DNA of 64,000 nucleotides. Source: Candidatus Uhrbacteria bacterium. GTDB lineage: Bacteria > Patescibacteriota > Patescibacteriia > UBA9934. The notes beneath the pieces were generated by a model. That model worked only from the letters and a program-made list of their open reading frames with translations. It was not told the DNA's origin and did not search any database. Shown in pieces: positions 27,259 to 37,478 of the stretch (the first letter of the stretch is position 1; the number at the start of each line of letters is the position of its first letter). The position numbers were made by a program, and so were the translations under genes. The stretch covers positions 5,836-69,835 of the forward strand of contig CALRHD010000004.1 of assembly GCA_943359325.1 (NCBI GenBank). Direction: 5' to 3'.

Positions 27259-28644
27259 ATGAACACCCATGAACTCTGGCAGGCCGTACTCGGAGACCTT
27301 GAGCTGAAGACAAGCAAGGCAAATTTCTCTGCGTGGTTTCATAACACGTTTGTCAGTGAGTATTGTGCCGGCGAAGTGATCATTGGCGTTCCCAACACCA
27401 TTTGTAAGGATTGGATGGAAAAGCGTCACCATCGCGACATTATCGAAGCGATACAGAATGCAACAAACATCGCCGTGCGTAGCCTCGTCTACCGCGTTGA
27501 AACAAAAAACTCCCTCCCCACACCTATTATTCTCCGCGTTGAAACGCCCGTGGCAAAACAGGAGGACTATGGTTTTGTCACCACGCAGGGTGGTGTTGTC
27601 GATGCACCGCCCACAAGCAACATTTCGCTCAACAGCACATACTCATTCAGCAATTTCGTTGTTGGTAAGCAAAACGAGCTCGCGCATGCTGCGGCTCAGG
27701 CCGTTGCCGCACAACCCGGAGGCACCTACAATCCGCTTTTTGTGTATGGCGGTGTCGGACTGGGTAAAACCCATCTTCTTCACGCGATTGCGAATGAAAT
27801 GCGCCGTAAAAACCCGAATGTCCGCGTTGTGTATGTCACCTGCGAGCATTTTACAAACGACTTCATTCACTCCGTCCGTATTGGAAAGGGCAAGGAGTTC
27901 AAAGATCGCTATCGTGGTGCTGATCTGCTCTTAATCGACGATATTCAATTTATTACCGGCAAAGAGGGAACGCAGGAAGAATTTTTTCACACGTTTAACA
28001 CCCTCCACCAAGAAAACAAACAAATCGTCATTTCGTCAGACCGTCCTCCGAAAGCAATCCCGTCACTCGAAAAACGCCTCCAATCGCGCCTTGAGTGGGG
28101 AATGCTCGTCGACGTTGGCACGCCCGACCTTGAAACACGCATCGCGATTCTCCAAAAAAAGTGTATGGAGAAAGGGGTGGCACTCGACCATGAAATTCTG
28201 CACTACGCCGCATCCACAATCTATTCAAACATTCGTGAGCTCGAGGGCGCACTCAATAAAATTATCGCATACCACCAGTTCAAAAACATATTGCCAACGC
28301 TCGAGAGCGTCAAACCCATTCTTGCGAGCTTCGAGTCCGAGAATACAAAAAAAACGGTCACACCACGTCAGCTCATTCACATCGTTTCGGAATATTTCGA
28401 CCTTGCAATAGAAGAAATTCTCGGAAAAAGTCGCGAAAAACGTCTTGCCTTCCCACGACAAATCATCATGTATCTCCTTCGTGAAGAAATGAAGAGTTCG
28501 TATCCGTCGATTGGCAGCGAGCTTGGTGGTCGCGACCATACCACCGCAATGCACGCCTACACAAAAATCTCTGGCCTCATGCATAAGGACGATCGCCTGC
28601 AAAAAGATATGGAGCTAATTAAACAGCGCCTCTACACATCATGA
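27259..28644 (+). CDS. dnaA: Chromosomal replication initiator DnaA
   Basis: YNPLFVYGGVGLGKTHL, LLIDDIQF, QEEFFHTFN and GGRDHTT motifs. Confidence 0.98.
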   Translation: MNTHELWQAVLGDLELKTSKANFSAWFHNTFVSEYCAGEVIIGVPNTICKDWMEKRHHRDIIEAIQNATNIAVRSLVYRVETKNSLPTPIILRVETPVAKQEDYGFVTTQGGVVDAPPTSNISLNSTYSFSNFVVGKQNELAHAAAQAVAAQPGGTYNPLFVYGGVGLGKTHLLHAIANEMRRKNPNVRVVYVTCEHFTNDFIHSVRIGKGKEFKDRYRGADLLLIDDIQFITGKEGTQEEFFHTFNTLHQENKQIVISSDRPPKAIPSLEKRLQSRLEWGMLVDVGTPDLETRIAILQKKCMEKGVALDHEILHYAASTIYSNIRELEGALNKIIAYHQFKNILPTLESVKPILASFESENTKKTVTPRQLIHIVSEYFDLAIEEILGKSREKRLAFPRQIIMYLLREEMKSSYPSIGSELGGRDHTTAMHAYTKISGLMHKDDRLQKDMELIKQRLYTS

Positions 28645-28902
28645 CCTATCCACAGAATTTGTGGATAATGCTGTGGGCAACACCGTGTACAACTATGTGT
28701 GTTCGCCTGTGACAGAAAAGCACATAACGTGCGTCGCAAAACATCTCAAGAGTTATCCCTTCCCTCACCACCACATTCATCGCCGCTTACACACAGTCGC
28801 CTACGCCATTTTCAAAAAGCAGAGTAGGCCGGAATCCACTTATGAGACTTATCCCCCTCCTTACAAGTTACTGTTACTAAAAAGTTTTAAAATATCACTC
28901 AC
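28645..28902. other. Probable replication origin (dnaA-dnaN spacer)
   Basis: Boxes CTATCCACA 28646 and TGTGGATAA 28660, degenerate boxes, AT-rich tract at about 28860-28900; by eye the + strand shifts from C-rich to G-rich around here. Confidence 0.7.
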
Positions 28903-30039
28903 ATGAAATTTTCCTGTACGAGAGAGAACCTTTATCAGGGTCTCGCTATCACAAGTCACCTAGGAGCGAGGGCAGTAAACCTTCCCATTCTTAATAATGT
29001 TCTTTTAAAGGCAGATAACGTCGGACTTAAACTTACTGCAACAACAATAGACCTTACGGTTACCTGTCTTGTTCGCGGAAAAGTCGACCAGCAAGGGGAA
29101 TATACTGTTCCTGCGAAACTTTTTTATGATTACGTGAATCTTTTGCCGAGTGAGCGTGTGGACCTTGATTTGCTCGACAAGGCGATTTCCGTTGTGTGCA
29201 CAGGGTCGAAAACGAAAATCGTTGGTATGCCCGCTGCAGACTTTCCGTTTGTGCCGCAGGTGACGGGAGGAGCGATCTTTCACGTTCCTGTTGCGGCGTT
29301 CGATGTGGCGCTCTCACAGGTGTTATTTGCGATTGCGACAAACGAATCACGACCCGACATTACGGGCGTGTGCATGAAATTTTCGACAGAGGGTGGTATA
29401 CGGACGCTGACGCTTGCGGCGACAGATAGTTATAGGCTCGCAGAGCGTGTTGTGCCTGTTGCGGATGGCGCCGACGACACGCGGCAGATTATCATGCTCG
29501 GGAGAGCGCTCGCTGAGCTTCGTGTGATTTTCAGTGTCCTTCGTGACAGTGTCGACGCACCAGAAAACATAGAACTTGAAGTGACCGACAGTCAGGTTGC
29601 GTTCCGCTTTGGGAACGTTGAACTTATTTCCCGTACTATCGACGGAAAGTATCCTGACTACAAACAGATTATTCCAACAAAATCACAAACTGAGATTATT
29701 TTGTCGCGCCAAGCACTCGTGCAGGCGGTGAAACGGGCAAGCCTCTTCTCGAAAATTGGGCTTTTTGATGTTCGTCTCGAGATTCAGCCCGACGTAAGGG
29801 GTATTGTGCTTTCTGCAACCGATGCAGATAGAGGAGAAAACACCGTGACACTCGAAGGCGACGTGACCGGCCCTGTAAATGTCATGGTTTTGAACTATCG
29901 CTATCTCCTCGACGGCCTGAACGCCATTTCAACCGAAAAAGTTGCCGTTCGCATGGTCGACGGCTTCAGCCCGTGCGTTCTTGTCCCACAGGGCTCAACA
30001 GACGCCTACCTCTACATCATCATGCCGATTCGGCAGTAG
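28903..30039 (+). CDS. dnaN: DNA polymerase III beta clamp
   Basis: LPILNNVLL, AATDSYRLA, GKYPDY and IIMPIR motifs; follows dnaA. Confidence 0.97.
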   Translation: MKFSCTRENLYQGLAITSHLGARAVNLPILNNVLLKADNVGLKLTATTIDLTVTCLVRGKVDQQGEYTVPAKLFYDYVNLLPSERVDLDLLDKAISVVCTGSKTKIVGMPAADFPFVPQVTGGAIFHVPVAAFDVALSQVLFAIATNESRPDITGVCMKFSTEGGIRTLTLAATDSYRLAERVVPVADGADDTRQIIMLGRALAELRVIFSVLRDSVDAPENIELEVTDSQVAFRFGNVELISRTIDGKYPDYKQIIPTKSQTEIILSRQALVQAVKRASLFSKIGLFDVRLEIQPDVRGIVLSATDADRGENTVTLEGDVTGPVNVMVLNYRYLLDGLNAISTEKVAVRMVDGFSPCVLVPQGSTDAYLYIIMPIRQ

Positions 30040-30045
30040 GGAAGG

Positions 30046-32946
30046 TTACGGCACTACGGTTTCAACGATCGACGTCACTGTACCTGAGATGGATTCCCTT
30101 ACGAACACACGGACAGGTGTAGCGTCGGCAGTTGTGGTGTCGTTGTAGGTGGCAGTTGCGCTTATGACATACTCCGCCTCGCTGGGTAGCGACCACGACA
30201 CCGCATTAATCGACGACGGGCTCACAACGATTGCAATCTCTGATATCGCGCCCGTCCAGAGGTTTTTTGCGCTCACCGTTAGCGCCGTCGCATTCGCTGC
30301 ATTCGCGAGCTCTACGGAAATCGTGTAGGTCGCCGATGTTTTCTCGATGGTTTGATTGCTGAACGGATTTGTTATCAGTGGTCCTTCGATACCATTGCCC
30401 GCCTCAGTAACGGTCACTGTAACATCGTCGCTCGCATTGTTATCAACATCATCGTATACGGTTGCGGAAAGCGTGTGGTTGCCTTGTGCGACCCACGACG
30501 GAAGCGTCACGATGTCGCCATCCATGTTTGTGCTGCTCCCCACATACGTTCCGTCGACGTTGAATTCGATACGCGAAAACTCTCTGTGCAACTCAACGCG
30601 ATATTCGACGCCAAACGAGCGGCCAACATCGCTATGGTTGTTCGGATTTTTTATGGTGATTTCAGGAGTATTTCGCGGGGTATGGATATCATCTTCTTCG
30701 GTCGGCACCGTGCAACTTTCATACGGCACCTCGCCGTCCTTCAGCGTCGCATTGTGGCGCGTAATAAAGTCGGCAATGGCTGCTTCCCACGTTGCGTAGT
30801 ACGGATCGCGGCTTGGGTCGAGCGGCGCCATGCCACGCGGATCGTCCTTGTTGATGTAGTGAAGAATGCTGTGGTACTCGCCGCACGCCACGGTTTTGCG
30901 GAATCGTTCAGGCGTGTGTTCTGTTGCTAATTTGCCAGAAACGGTGTCGATCGTGACGGTTTGCGTAGGCATAACGCCGTCAAGGACGGGTTTTCCTGTC
31001 ATGGGGATTTCTGCAGCGGGGAATGACTCTACGGCCGTTCCTGCAAGCGCTTTTTGCATGTACTGGTGCCAAATTGGTGCAGCGACAATACTGCCGTCGG
31101 CGCGGTTATTCATCTGTGTGCCGTCGGTGTTCCCAACCCAAACGCCCGCAACGAGAGACGGTGTGTAGCCCATTGTCCACGCGTCGTTGTAATCGTTTGT
31201 TGTACCCGTTTTTGCGGCAATAGGGCGGTCGGAAAGGTAGAGGAGATTACTTGCACCGAAAACATATTCGCGACTCGCTTCGTCGGAAAGCACATTCGAG
31301 GTGATGGCGGTAATCGCACTATCAAGCACGCGTTCGCCTTCATGTTCCTCGGGCTTGAATTCGTCGATTACATTGCCGTCCGAATCTTCGACCTTGAGAA
31401 TCCCGACGATGTCACGTTTTGTGCCGTTGTTCGCAAGCGTTGCGTAAGCGCGTGCATGCTCGATGAGCTCGACTTCACCGCCACCGAGCACAAGCGAGAG
31501 ACCGTAGTTTGAACGGTCGGTAAGCGTGGTGTAACCCATGCGGTTGAGGAAATCGAGCGCGCGATTTACGCCGACCAAATACAGTGTCTGAACCGCGGGG
31601 AGGTTGAGAGAGCCTTGGAGCGCTTTTCGCATGGTAAGCGGCCCGCGCTCGCCACCGTCATAATTATGTGGCGCATACGGACCAGTTGCAGTGGGGTATG
31701 TGGTGTTTACATCCCATAAAATGGTGTTTGGCGTGTACCCCTTTTCAAACGCAGCGGTATAAATAAGCGGTTTCATGCTTGAACCAGGCTGGAGTGGACG
31801 CAAGGTGACGTTCACTTGCCCCTGTATATCGTCGTTAAAATAGTCCGCACTTCCCACCATCGCAAGGACTTCTCCGGTTTTCGGGTCGAGCGATACAAGT
31901 CCCGCGTTGTTGAAGCCGTATCGTTCGCTGTTGAGTCCCATGCCGTATGCAACCGCGTCCTGTGCGATGGTTTGTTTGTTATAGTCGAGTGTTGTCGTGA
32001 CACGCAGCCCGCCTGTTTCAATATTACGGTCAGGGTACGTTTCTTCAAGAAGCTGTTTGACCCACATGACGAAGTGTGGCGCAGTTTTAAGACCAGCTTC
32101 TTTGGGAATAATCGTTGTATCTTCCGTTTTTGCAACGTCAACATCGGCTTGTGATGCGTAACCAAGTTCGGCCATGCCGTCGAGCACCCAGTCGCGACGT
32201 GCGGTGAGCATGTCGGGGTTGTTCAGATAACGCGTGGGTTGGCGAACGATCGCGGAAAGTGTCGCACACTCGGCGAGATCGAGGTCCTTCGCGCTTTTAT
32301 CAAAATACGCATTCGATGCAGCCTCAATTCCGTAGTTAGTGGAACCGTATCCGATTTCGTTAAAATACATCTGAAGAATCTGCTCCTTTGAAAAATTACG
32401 CTCAATCGCAAGAGATAAAATAATTTCCTTGAATTTGCGAGTAAACGTGCGTTCGTTGGTGAGAATGGCATTTTTGACGAGCTGCTGCGTGATTGTTGAT
32501 GCACCTTGTGCGCGGTTGAGGTGAACGATGTCGCTAAAAATTGCACGGGCAATACCTCGGAGATCGATGCCGTTGTGCGTGAGAAAGCTGCGATCCTCGG
32601 CGGTAATAGTTGCGTCAATGAGGTTGGCGGGAAGCTCGTCGTATGTGATAAGCGTGCGTTTTTCGTCGCCCGAAACTTCGTAGAGCAAATGCTCGCCCGT
32701 GCGATCGTAGATTTTGGTAGTCTGGGAGACGTCCTGGAAAAGGAGTGAATTAGGGTCAGGAAGGGTGTGTGAAATCCATGCGTAGGCAAGGAGAAAGAGA
32801 ATAGCAAAGCCGAAAAACGCGACAAAAGCTGTAAGGATGACGTTTTTTATGAGTGTTTTTTTGTCGACTTTGATAAATGCCGCCTTGAAGAGTCGCCCGA
32901 AGCGGGATTTGGAAAGATGGGAACGGTATTGCGAATATCGCTGCAT
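30046..32946 (-). CDS. Class A penicillin-binding protein (PBP1A family) with C-terminal Ig-like domains
   Basis: AEDRSF, GASTITQQLVKN, RKFKE; SxxK (GSSMK), SLN and KTG motifs. Confidence 0.93.
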   Translation of the reverse strand: MQRYSQYRSHLSKSRFGRLFKAAFIKVDKKTLIKNVILTAFVAFFGFAILFLLAYAWISHTLPDPNSLLFQDVSQTTKIYDRTGEHLLYEVSGDEKRTLITYDELPANLIDATITAEDRSFLTHNGIDLRGIARAIFSDIVHLNRAQGASTITQQLVKNAILTNERTFTRKFKEIILSLAIERNFSKEQILQMYFNEIGYGSTNYGIEAASNAYFDKSAKDLDLAECATLSAIVRQPTRYLNNPDMLTARRDWVLDGMAELGYASQADVDVAKTEDTTIIPKEAGLKTAPHFVMWVKQLLEETYPDRNIETGGLRVTTTLDYNKQTIAQDAVAYGMGLNSERYGFNNAGLVSLDPKTGEVLAMVGSADYFNDDIQGQVNVTLRPLQPGSSMKPLIYTAAFEKGYTPNTILWDVNTTYPTATGPYAPHNYDGGERGPLTMRKALQGSLNLPAVQTLYLVGVNRALDFLNRMGYTTLTDRSNYGLSLVLGGGEVELIEHARAYATLANNGTKRDIVGILKVEDSDGNVIDEFKPEEHEGERVLDSAITAITSNVLSDEASREYVFGASNLLYLSDRPIAAKTGTTNDYNDAWTMGYTPSLVAGVWVGNTDGTQMNNRADGSIVAAPIWHQYMQKALAGTAVESFPAAEIPMTGKPVLDGVMPTQTVTIDTVSGKLATEHTPERFRKTVACGEYHSILHYINKDDPRGMAPLDPSRDPYYATWEAAIADFITRHNATLKDGEVPYESCTVPTEEDDIHTPRNTPEITIKNPNNHSDVGRSFGVEYRVELHREFSRIEFNVDGTYVGSSTNMDGDIVTLPSWVAQGNHTLSATVYDDVDNNASDDVTVTVTEAGNGIEGPLITNPFSNQTIEKTSATYTISVELANAANATALTVSAKNLWTGAISEIAIVVSPSSINAVSWSLPSEAEYVISATATYNDTTTADATPVRVFVRESISGTVTSIVETVVP

Positions 32947-33151
32947 AAAGCGGAAGTCCCGATCTACGGGAAGGATACGTTTGACTCGTGGATGGAGTAT
33001 AGAAAATTTTTTGCGAAAATGCAACAAAAGATAGCCAAAATTTGGCTAATATTCGCAAAGTCAAGCCCTGTTTTGATTGACGATTAGGGGTTAAAATGCT
33101 AGAATGACAAAGTCATCTCGGAGGAGTTCTGAGGTGTTTTTGTTTCAGTCT

Positions 33152-33682
33152 ATGAAAAATCTTCGCATACAGTCATTCGTCCATACCGCAAAGCAGTCTC
33201 CTATCGAGATTGCTATTGTGGCGGTCATGGTATTCGCACTGTTTGTCGGCATTATGCCGAACATAGTAGAGGCAGACGAACGTCCTGCGGAGTTTGCTTT
33301 TATCGATAAATTGACGTCGCTCCGCATTGCGTCCATGCAGAACCAGGTCAAACAATACGGTGTATTTCCGAAGTCTGATCTTCGTGGTCCGTCGTATACA
33401 ATGACTGTTCCTGCAACGGCGTATAATAGTGAGATTGGCCAAACGGACAGCACGCCATTTATTACGGCGTCTGGGACACATGTTCGCCCAGGAGTGATTG
33501 CGGCAAACTTTTTGCCTATCGGTACGCGTGTGAAGATCCCCGATCTTTACGGCGATCAGGTGTTCGTTGTTGAAGACCGTATGAACGCCCGTTACCACAA
33601 ACGTGTCGACATTTGGATGGAACATCATGCGGACGCCATTGCATTTGGTGTGAAAAACATTGCCATCGAGGTTTACAACTAA
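33152..33682 (+). CDS. 3D-domain (MltA-like) cell-wall protein
   Basis: TAYNS..GQTD..PFITASG...VEDRMN...VDIW. Confidence 0.85.
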   Translation: MKNLRIQSFVHTAKQSPIEIAIVAVMVFALFVGIMPNIVEADERPAEFAFIDKLTSLRIASMQNQVKQYGVFPKSDLRGPSYTMTVPATAYNSEIGQTDSTPFITASGTHVRPGVIAANFLPIGTRVKIPDLYGDQVFVVEDRMNARYHKRVDIWMEHHADAIAFGVKNIAIEVYN

Positions 33683-33782
33683 CAACAAAGCAGGCGCTTC
33701 GGCGCCTGTTTTGTTTTACGCGTCTCGGACGCGAATACTCGACTCTTGTAGGGTTATTTGTTGTCGGGTATCATTTCTATAT

Positions 33783-34343
33783 ATGAAAAATCTATTGTTT
33801 GCAGCAGCGGTGGTGTTGGTCTTAGGAGGATTTGGGTGCAAAACAGTAGAACCTGCAGCTGTCCCGGACACGAGTGCGAATGGTACGTCGTTAAAGGCGG
33901 AAGAGAAGGTTGAGGGCGTGTGGCATTTGACGTTTAATTTGCCAAAGGACTGGGTCATGGTTCCGCAATACGCAGAAGATTTTGAGAAACCCATCACGAG
34001 CCGCCCCATCAACTCTCAGCTGACCGACGTTGTGGTGCAGAGCACGAATAAGGTTATTGCATTAACCGGACACTCTGATTTGCCCGAGGGAACGTTTATC
34101 ACAGACGACTACACGTATATTCGTGCGTTCAGGATGGATAAAGCGAGCATCGTGCCTGCGGAAGCCGAAGATATTGGCAATGGTTTTTCTCGTCTCGTGC
34201 AAGGAGTGAACGCGACATTTTACATGAAGGGGCAGTATGCGAACTACAAATTTGTTGTATACCGCGACAATGCCGACCTTTCTGTTGCCGAGAATGTTGT
34301 GAAAAGTGCAAAAGAAGTAACTGACTTTGTTGCCACACCGTAA
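33783..34343 (+). CDS. Putative lipoprotein
   Basis: Signal peptide with lipobox-like LGGFGC. Confidence 0.7.
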   Translation: MKNLLFAAAVVLVLGGFGCKTVEPAAVPDTSANGTSLKAEEKVEGVWHLTFNLPKDWVMVPQYAEDFEKPITSRPINSQLTDVVVQSTNKVIALTGHSDLPEGTFITDDYTYIRAFRMDKASIVPAEAEDIGNGFSRLVQGVNATFYMKGQYANYKFVVYRDNADLSVAENVVKSAKEVTDFVATP

Positions 34344-34390
34344 GTTTTTTGATAGCCTTGAGCGGCTGACGGCACTGCCACCAGCACCAC

Positions 34391-34466
34391 GGCCGCATGG
34401 CGAAGTGGTTAACGCGGCGGTCTGCAAAACCGCTATGCGCCGGTCCGACTCCGGCTGCGGCCTCCA
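34391..34466 (+). tRNA. tRNA-Cys(GCA)
   Basis: GGCCGCA...TGCGGCC-TCCA; anticodon arm GCGGT-CTGCAAA-ACCGC; atypical T-loop TCCGACT. Confidence 0.9.
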
Positions 34467-34707
34467 TCCCCCTTTGCCCAATATGAATTGGGCTACGGAG
34501 GGATGTAAAATGAAATCCCCAATAAAGTGGGGATTTTATTGTTTCAGGAGGGAGCGAATCGGCACAGATAGCACGCGTTGCCCACCGGTTGCCCAAACTT
34601 CTGATTTTGCCCTCGGATTTTCGAGAACCATGACTGCGTCACGGAGGCAGGAGGGCCGCTTTTTTATTTGCCACATCGTAGTATAATCAACCTTGGAGGA
34701 AGATAAC

Positions 34708-35163
34708 ATGACCATCGATTTGCTCAAGTTCGCCGCTCCGTGGGAGCGCCCGGACCATCAGCCTGATTTCCGTTTCGGAGGAGCCGCAACGCCAGCGACC
34801 ATGGACTTACCGGTGCCCGAGTGGGCACTGCGGCACATAGTAACCGCGGTTTCATCGTTCCCAATGGCGGAAGCCCGAATCCCTGATCGCGCAATTACTT
34901 CCAATAAACTCTCAACTGCCGACGGCCAGATCATCGAATTTCCGTTCGAAGGTCCCGCCTGGGTGTTCTTCCTGGACCTCGCTCCTGGTGCGCCGTGGGC
35001 ACATGAATGCAGGTATATCGCTGTCGTGAAGGGCCGCGATCCTTACCTCATCGAGGCTTGGAGCATGCCAGATCGGCGCGCGGACGGAATCCGCTTCATA
35101 CACCAGCGTGCTCTCCCGCACATCATGCACAGGCGGACGCCCAGCGCTGCAAGTCGTGGGTAA
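34708..35163 (+). CDS. Hypothetical protein
   Basis: SD GGAGG; WVFFLD..P.A.WAH.CRY motif. Confidence 0.6.
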   Translation: MTIDLLKFAAPWERPDHQPDFRFGGAATPATMDLPVPEWALRHIVTAVSSFPMAEARIPDRAITSNKLSTADGQIIEFPFEGPAWVFFLDLAPGAPWAHECRYIAVVKGRDPYLIEAWSMPDRRADGIRFIHQRALPHIMHRRTPSAASRG

Positions 35164-35262
35164 GAGGCTTCGCGGTACGTAGACGGGGCGGACAACTAGC
35201 GCTTCGTCGAGTGTCCCCATGGGCACTCATTTGTTTTTGCAAGGTACAAAACAAAAGGCAAA

Positions 35263-35682
35263 TTACGTCTCAAACAAAATCCGCATGACTTGCGGCAGCT
35301 CCATGGAGGCAAGATTTTTGGGGATAGTAGAAATAATATGCTTCACGACGTCGGTGTGAAGCGCATCGACAAGTTCGTTTTTGTTGGCTTCTGGAACGCA
35401 AAGAATGATGTCGACAAATTCATCTCGTGTGAGCTCTTGCAGTGCATTGGAAAGTGCATGGTATAGCTCGAGGCGGCGGTGTTGCTTTGCGGCGTCGAGG
35501 TCGGGCATTCCCGTGCCATTCGGTCGCGTTTCACGTTCGACGGGCTCTAATTCCGACGTTTCAATGACGCTATGCGCGATGATTTCGCGGTCATCAAGTG
35601 CAAAAAGTTTTGCGAGTTCGTTGTTCGTGAGAACGAGTAGCGTCTTTTGTGCAAAAGCAGGGTAGTGCTCCGAAATGTGCAT
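35263..35682 (-). CDS. Host-attachment / baeRF-like small protein
   Basis: TLLVLTNNELAKLF...IILCVPE...IPKNL pattern; -10-like box 8 nt before ATG. Confidence 0.55.
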   Translation of the reverse strand: MHISEHYPAFAQKTLLVLTNNELAKLFALDDREIIAHSVIETSELEPVERETRPNGTGMPDLDAAKQHRRLELYHALSNALQELTRDEFVDIILCVPEANKNELVDALHTDVVKHIISTIPKNLASMELPQVMRILFET

Positions 35683-35744
35683 ACCCTTATAGTATAAAGC
35701 CGAAAGCCGAAAGAGGAAAGCAAAACGTGATACAATGTGTGCGT

Positions 35745-36446
35745 ATGAGGCAACGGAGGCGCCGAGATTTTCTTGGCGGTGCAGTGAGGGAGGTTGTGTT
35801 TGGACTGGAGGACAGTCTGGTTTCCACGCTCGGCGCGGTGGCGGGGGTTTCGATTGGCAGCGGCGATCGCGGCGTGGTGATACTTGCGGGGCTTGTGCTC
35901 GTGACTGTAGAAGCGATTTCCATGGCAGCAGGAAGTTTTTTGTCGACGGAATCCGCACAACAAGTGTCAAAGGAGCGTCATGCGCAAGACTCTGCACGTA
36001 TTTTGCAGGAACGAGTGAGCGACGATGAGTCGATTGAAGCATTATTCCAGCGGAAAGGGTTTTCAAAAAACGAAATCACCTCTGCGCTTGATGCGCTGAA
36101 GCGAGAACGTCATATTTGGTTGAAAGAGATTACACGAGTTGAGCGTCGACTCTTTACCGCAGGTATTCACCCCACGTTTGCCGCCCTTGTGATGGGTATC
36201 ACATACTTTTTTGGCGGCGCCGTTACTCTTTTACCATATTTCTTTCTGCCCGTTGGTGCGGCAACACTCGTCGCCTTTTTCATCGCAATCTGCCTTCTGT
36301 TTTTCGTCGGCGTTTGGAAGGCGCGTATTGCGGGCCTTTCGCAGCTACGAAGTGGTGCCGAAATGGTTGCCGTTTCGCTCTTTGCTGCAGCGATAGGTAT
36401 GGCAGTCGGAAGAATCGCCGCAATGTCGCTTGGCGTCCAAACATAG
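35745..36446 (+). CDS. VIT1/CCC1 family Fe/Mn transporter
   Basis: REVVFGLEDSLVSTLG, AISMAAGSFLS and LLPY motifs. Confidence 0.9.
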   Translation: MRQRRRRDFLGGAVREVVFGLEDSLVSTLGAVAGVSIGSGDRGVVILAGLVLVTVEAISMAAGSFLSTESAQQVSKERHAQDSARILQERVSDDESIEALFQRKGFSKNEITSALDALKRERHIWLKEITRVERRLFTAGIHPTFAALVMGITYFFGGAVTLLPYFFLPVGAATLVAFFIAICLLFFVGVWKARIAGLSQLRSGAEMVAVSLFAAAIGMAVGRIAAMSLGVQT

Positions 36447-36449
36447 CCT

Positions 36450-37442
36450 ATGTTGCTGCACCGTTTTACAAAAATACACGCGCCAGAATTTCCCACAGGC
36501 ATGGAGTGGCTTGGCGGCGCACCTTTGACGATGCAGCACTTGCGCGGCAAGCCTGTGCTCATCGATTTTTGGACATTCTCGTGTGTGAATTGCCTTCGTA
36601 CGCAACCTCACCTCACGTCGTGGCACGAAAAGTATGCGAAGCTCGGCCTGCAGATTATCGGCGTTCACACGCCCGAATTTGCGTTTGAGAAAGACGTTAC
36701 GAATGTGAAAAAAGCTATTGCACAGCTTGGTGTGCCGTACCCTGTGGTGCTTGATAATGACTATGCCATTTGGAACCTGTATGCAAACCGCTGGTGGCCG
36801 AGAAAATTCCTCATCGACAAGAACGGTACGATTGTGTACGACCATGTCGGTGAAGGCGGCTACGGCGAAACCGAAATGGCTATTCAAAAGGCGCTCATGG
36901 ATGCAGGCGTCAAAAAGCTGCCGCGTATCGACGCAGACACGTCTGGCGATGGCGGAGTGTGCTACAAAACAACGGCCGAAACGTATCTGGGCTATCTCCG
37001 CGGGAAGATTGGCAACGCAGAGGCCTTTTTGCCTGACGCCGAAGAAGCATTTACTGACCGCGGCATGCACGATGATGATGCGGTATATCTCCACGGTCAT
37101 TGGCGACTCGCAGGCGAATTTGTGGAGCACACGCGGCGTGTTGCTACGGCGTCGGAGTATTTACTTCTCACATACAGCGCATTTGGTGTGAACCTCGTCA
37201 TGGAGACTGCAGACGGGAAAGCGGCAACTATTGACGTTGAGCTCGACGGCTTACCCATTGCGCCCGACATGGCTGGCGAGGACGTCACATTCGTAAAAGG
37301 TCGCGCCATTGTTACGGTCAAAGAAGCAAGAATGTATCGCCTTGTGAAGGCAGACGTTTACCACCGGGGCGCTCTTAAACTTTCAACCGGCTCTTCAGGG
37401 TTGCGAATGTATGCGTTTACGTTTGATGGGTGTGCGCAGTGA
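36450..37442 (+). CDS. DipZ-like thioredoxin/redoxin protein
   Basis: DFWTFSCVNC, GVHTPEF, GEGGY, T.ETYLGY and C-terminal AFTF motifs. Confidence 0.88.
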   Translation: MLLHRFTKIHAPEFPTGMEWLGGAPLTMQHLRGKPVLIDFWTFSCVNCLRTQPHLTSWHEKYAKLGLQIIGVHTPEFAFEKDVTNVKKAIAQLGVPYPVVLDNDYAIWNLYANRWWPRKFLIDKNGTIVYDHVGEGGYGETEMAIQKALMDAGVKKLPRIDADTSGDGGVCYKTTAETYLGYLRGKIGNAEAFLPDAEEAFTDRGMHDDDAVYLHGHWRLAGEFVEHTRRVATASEYLLLTYSAFGVNLVMETADGKAATIDVELDGLPIAPDMAGEDVTFVKGRAIVTVKEARMYRLVKADVYHRGALKLSTGSSGLRMYAFTFDGCAQ

Positions 37443-37478
37443 CAAAATATTCGCAATACACTACACTCGGCGGTGATT

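Noticed and set aside
26836-27432. N-terminal extension making a 323-aa RnpA
   Set aside because: It overlaps rpmH, the DnaA boxes and dnaA; the real start is at 26835.
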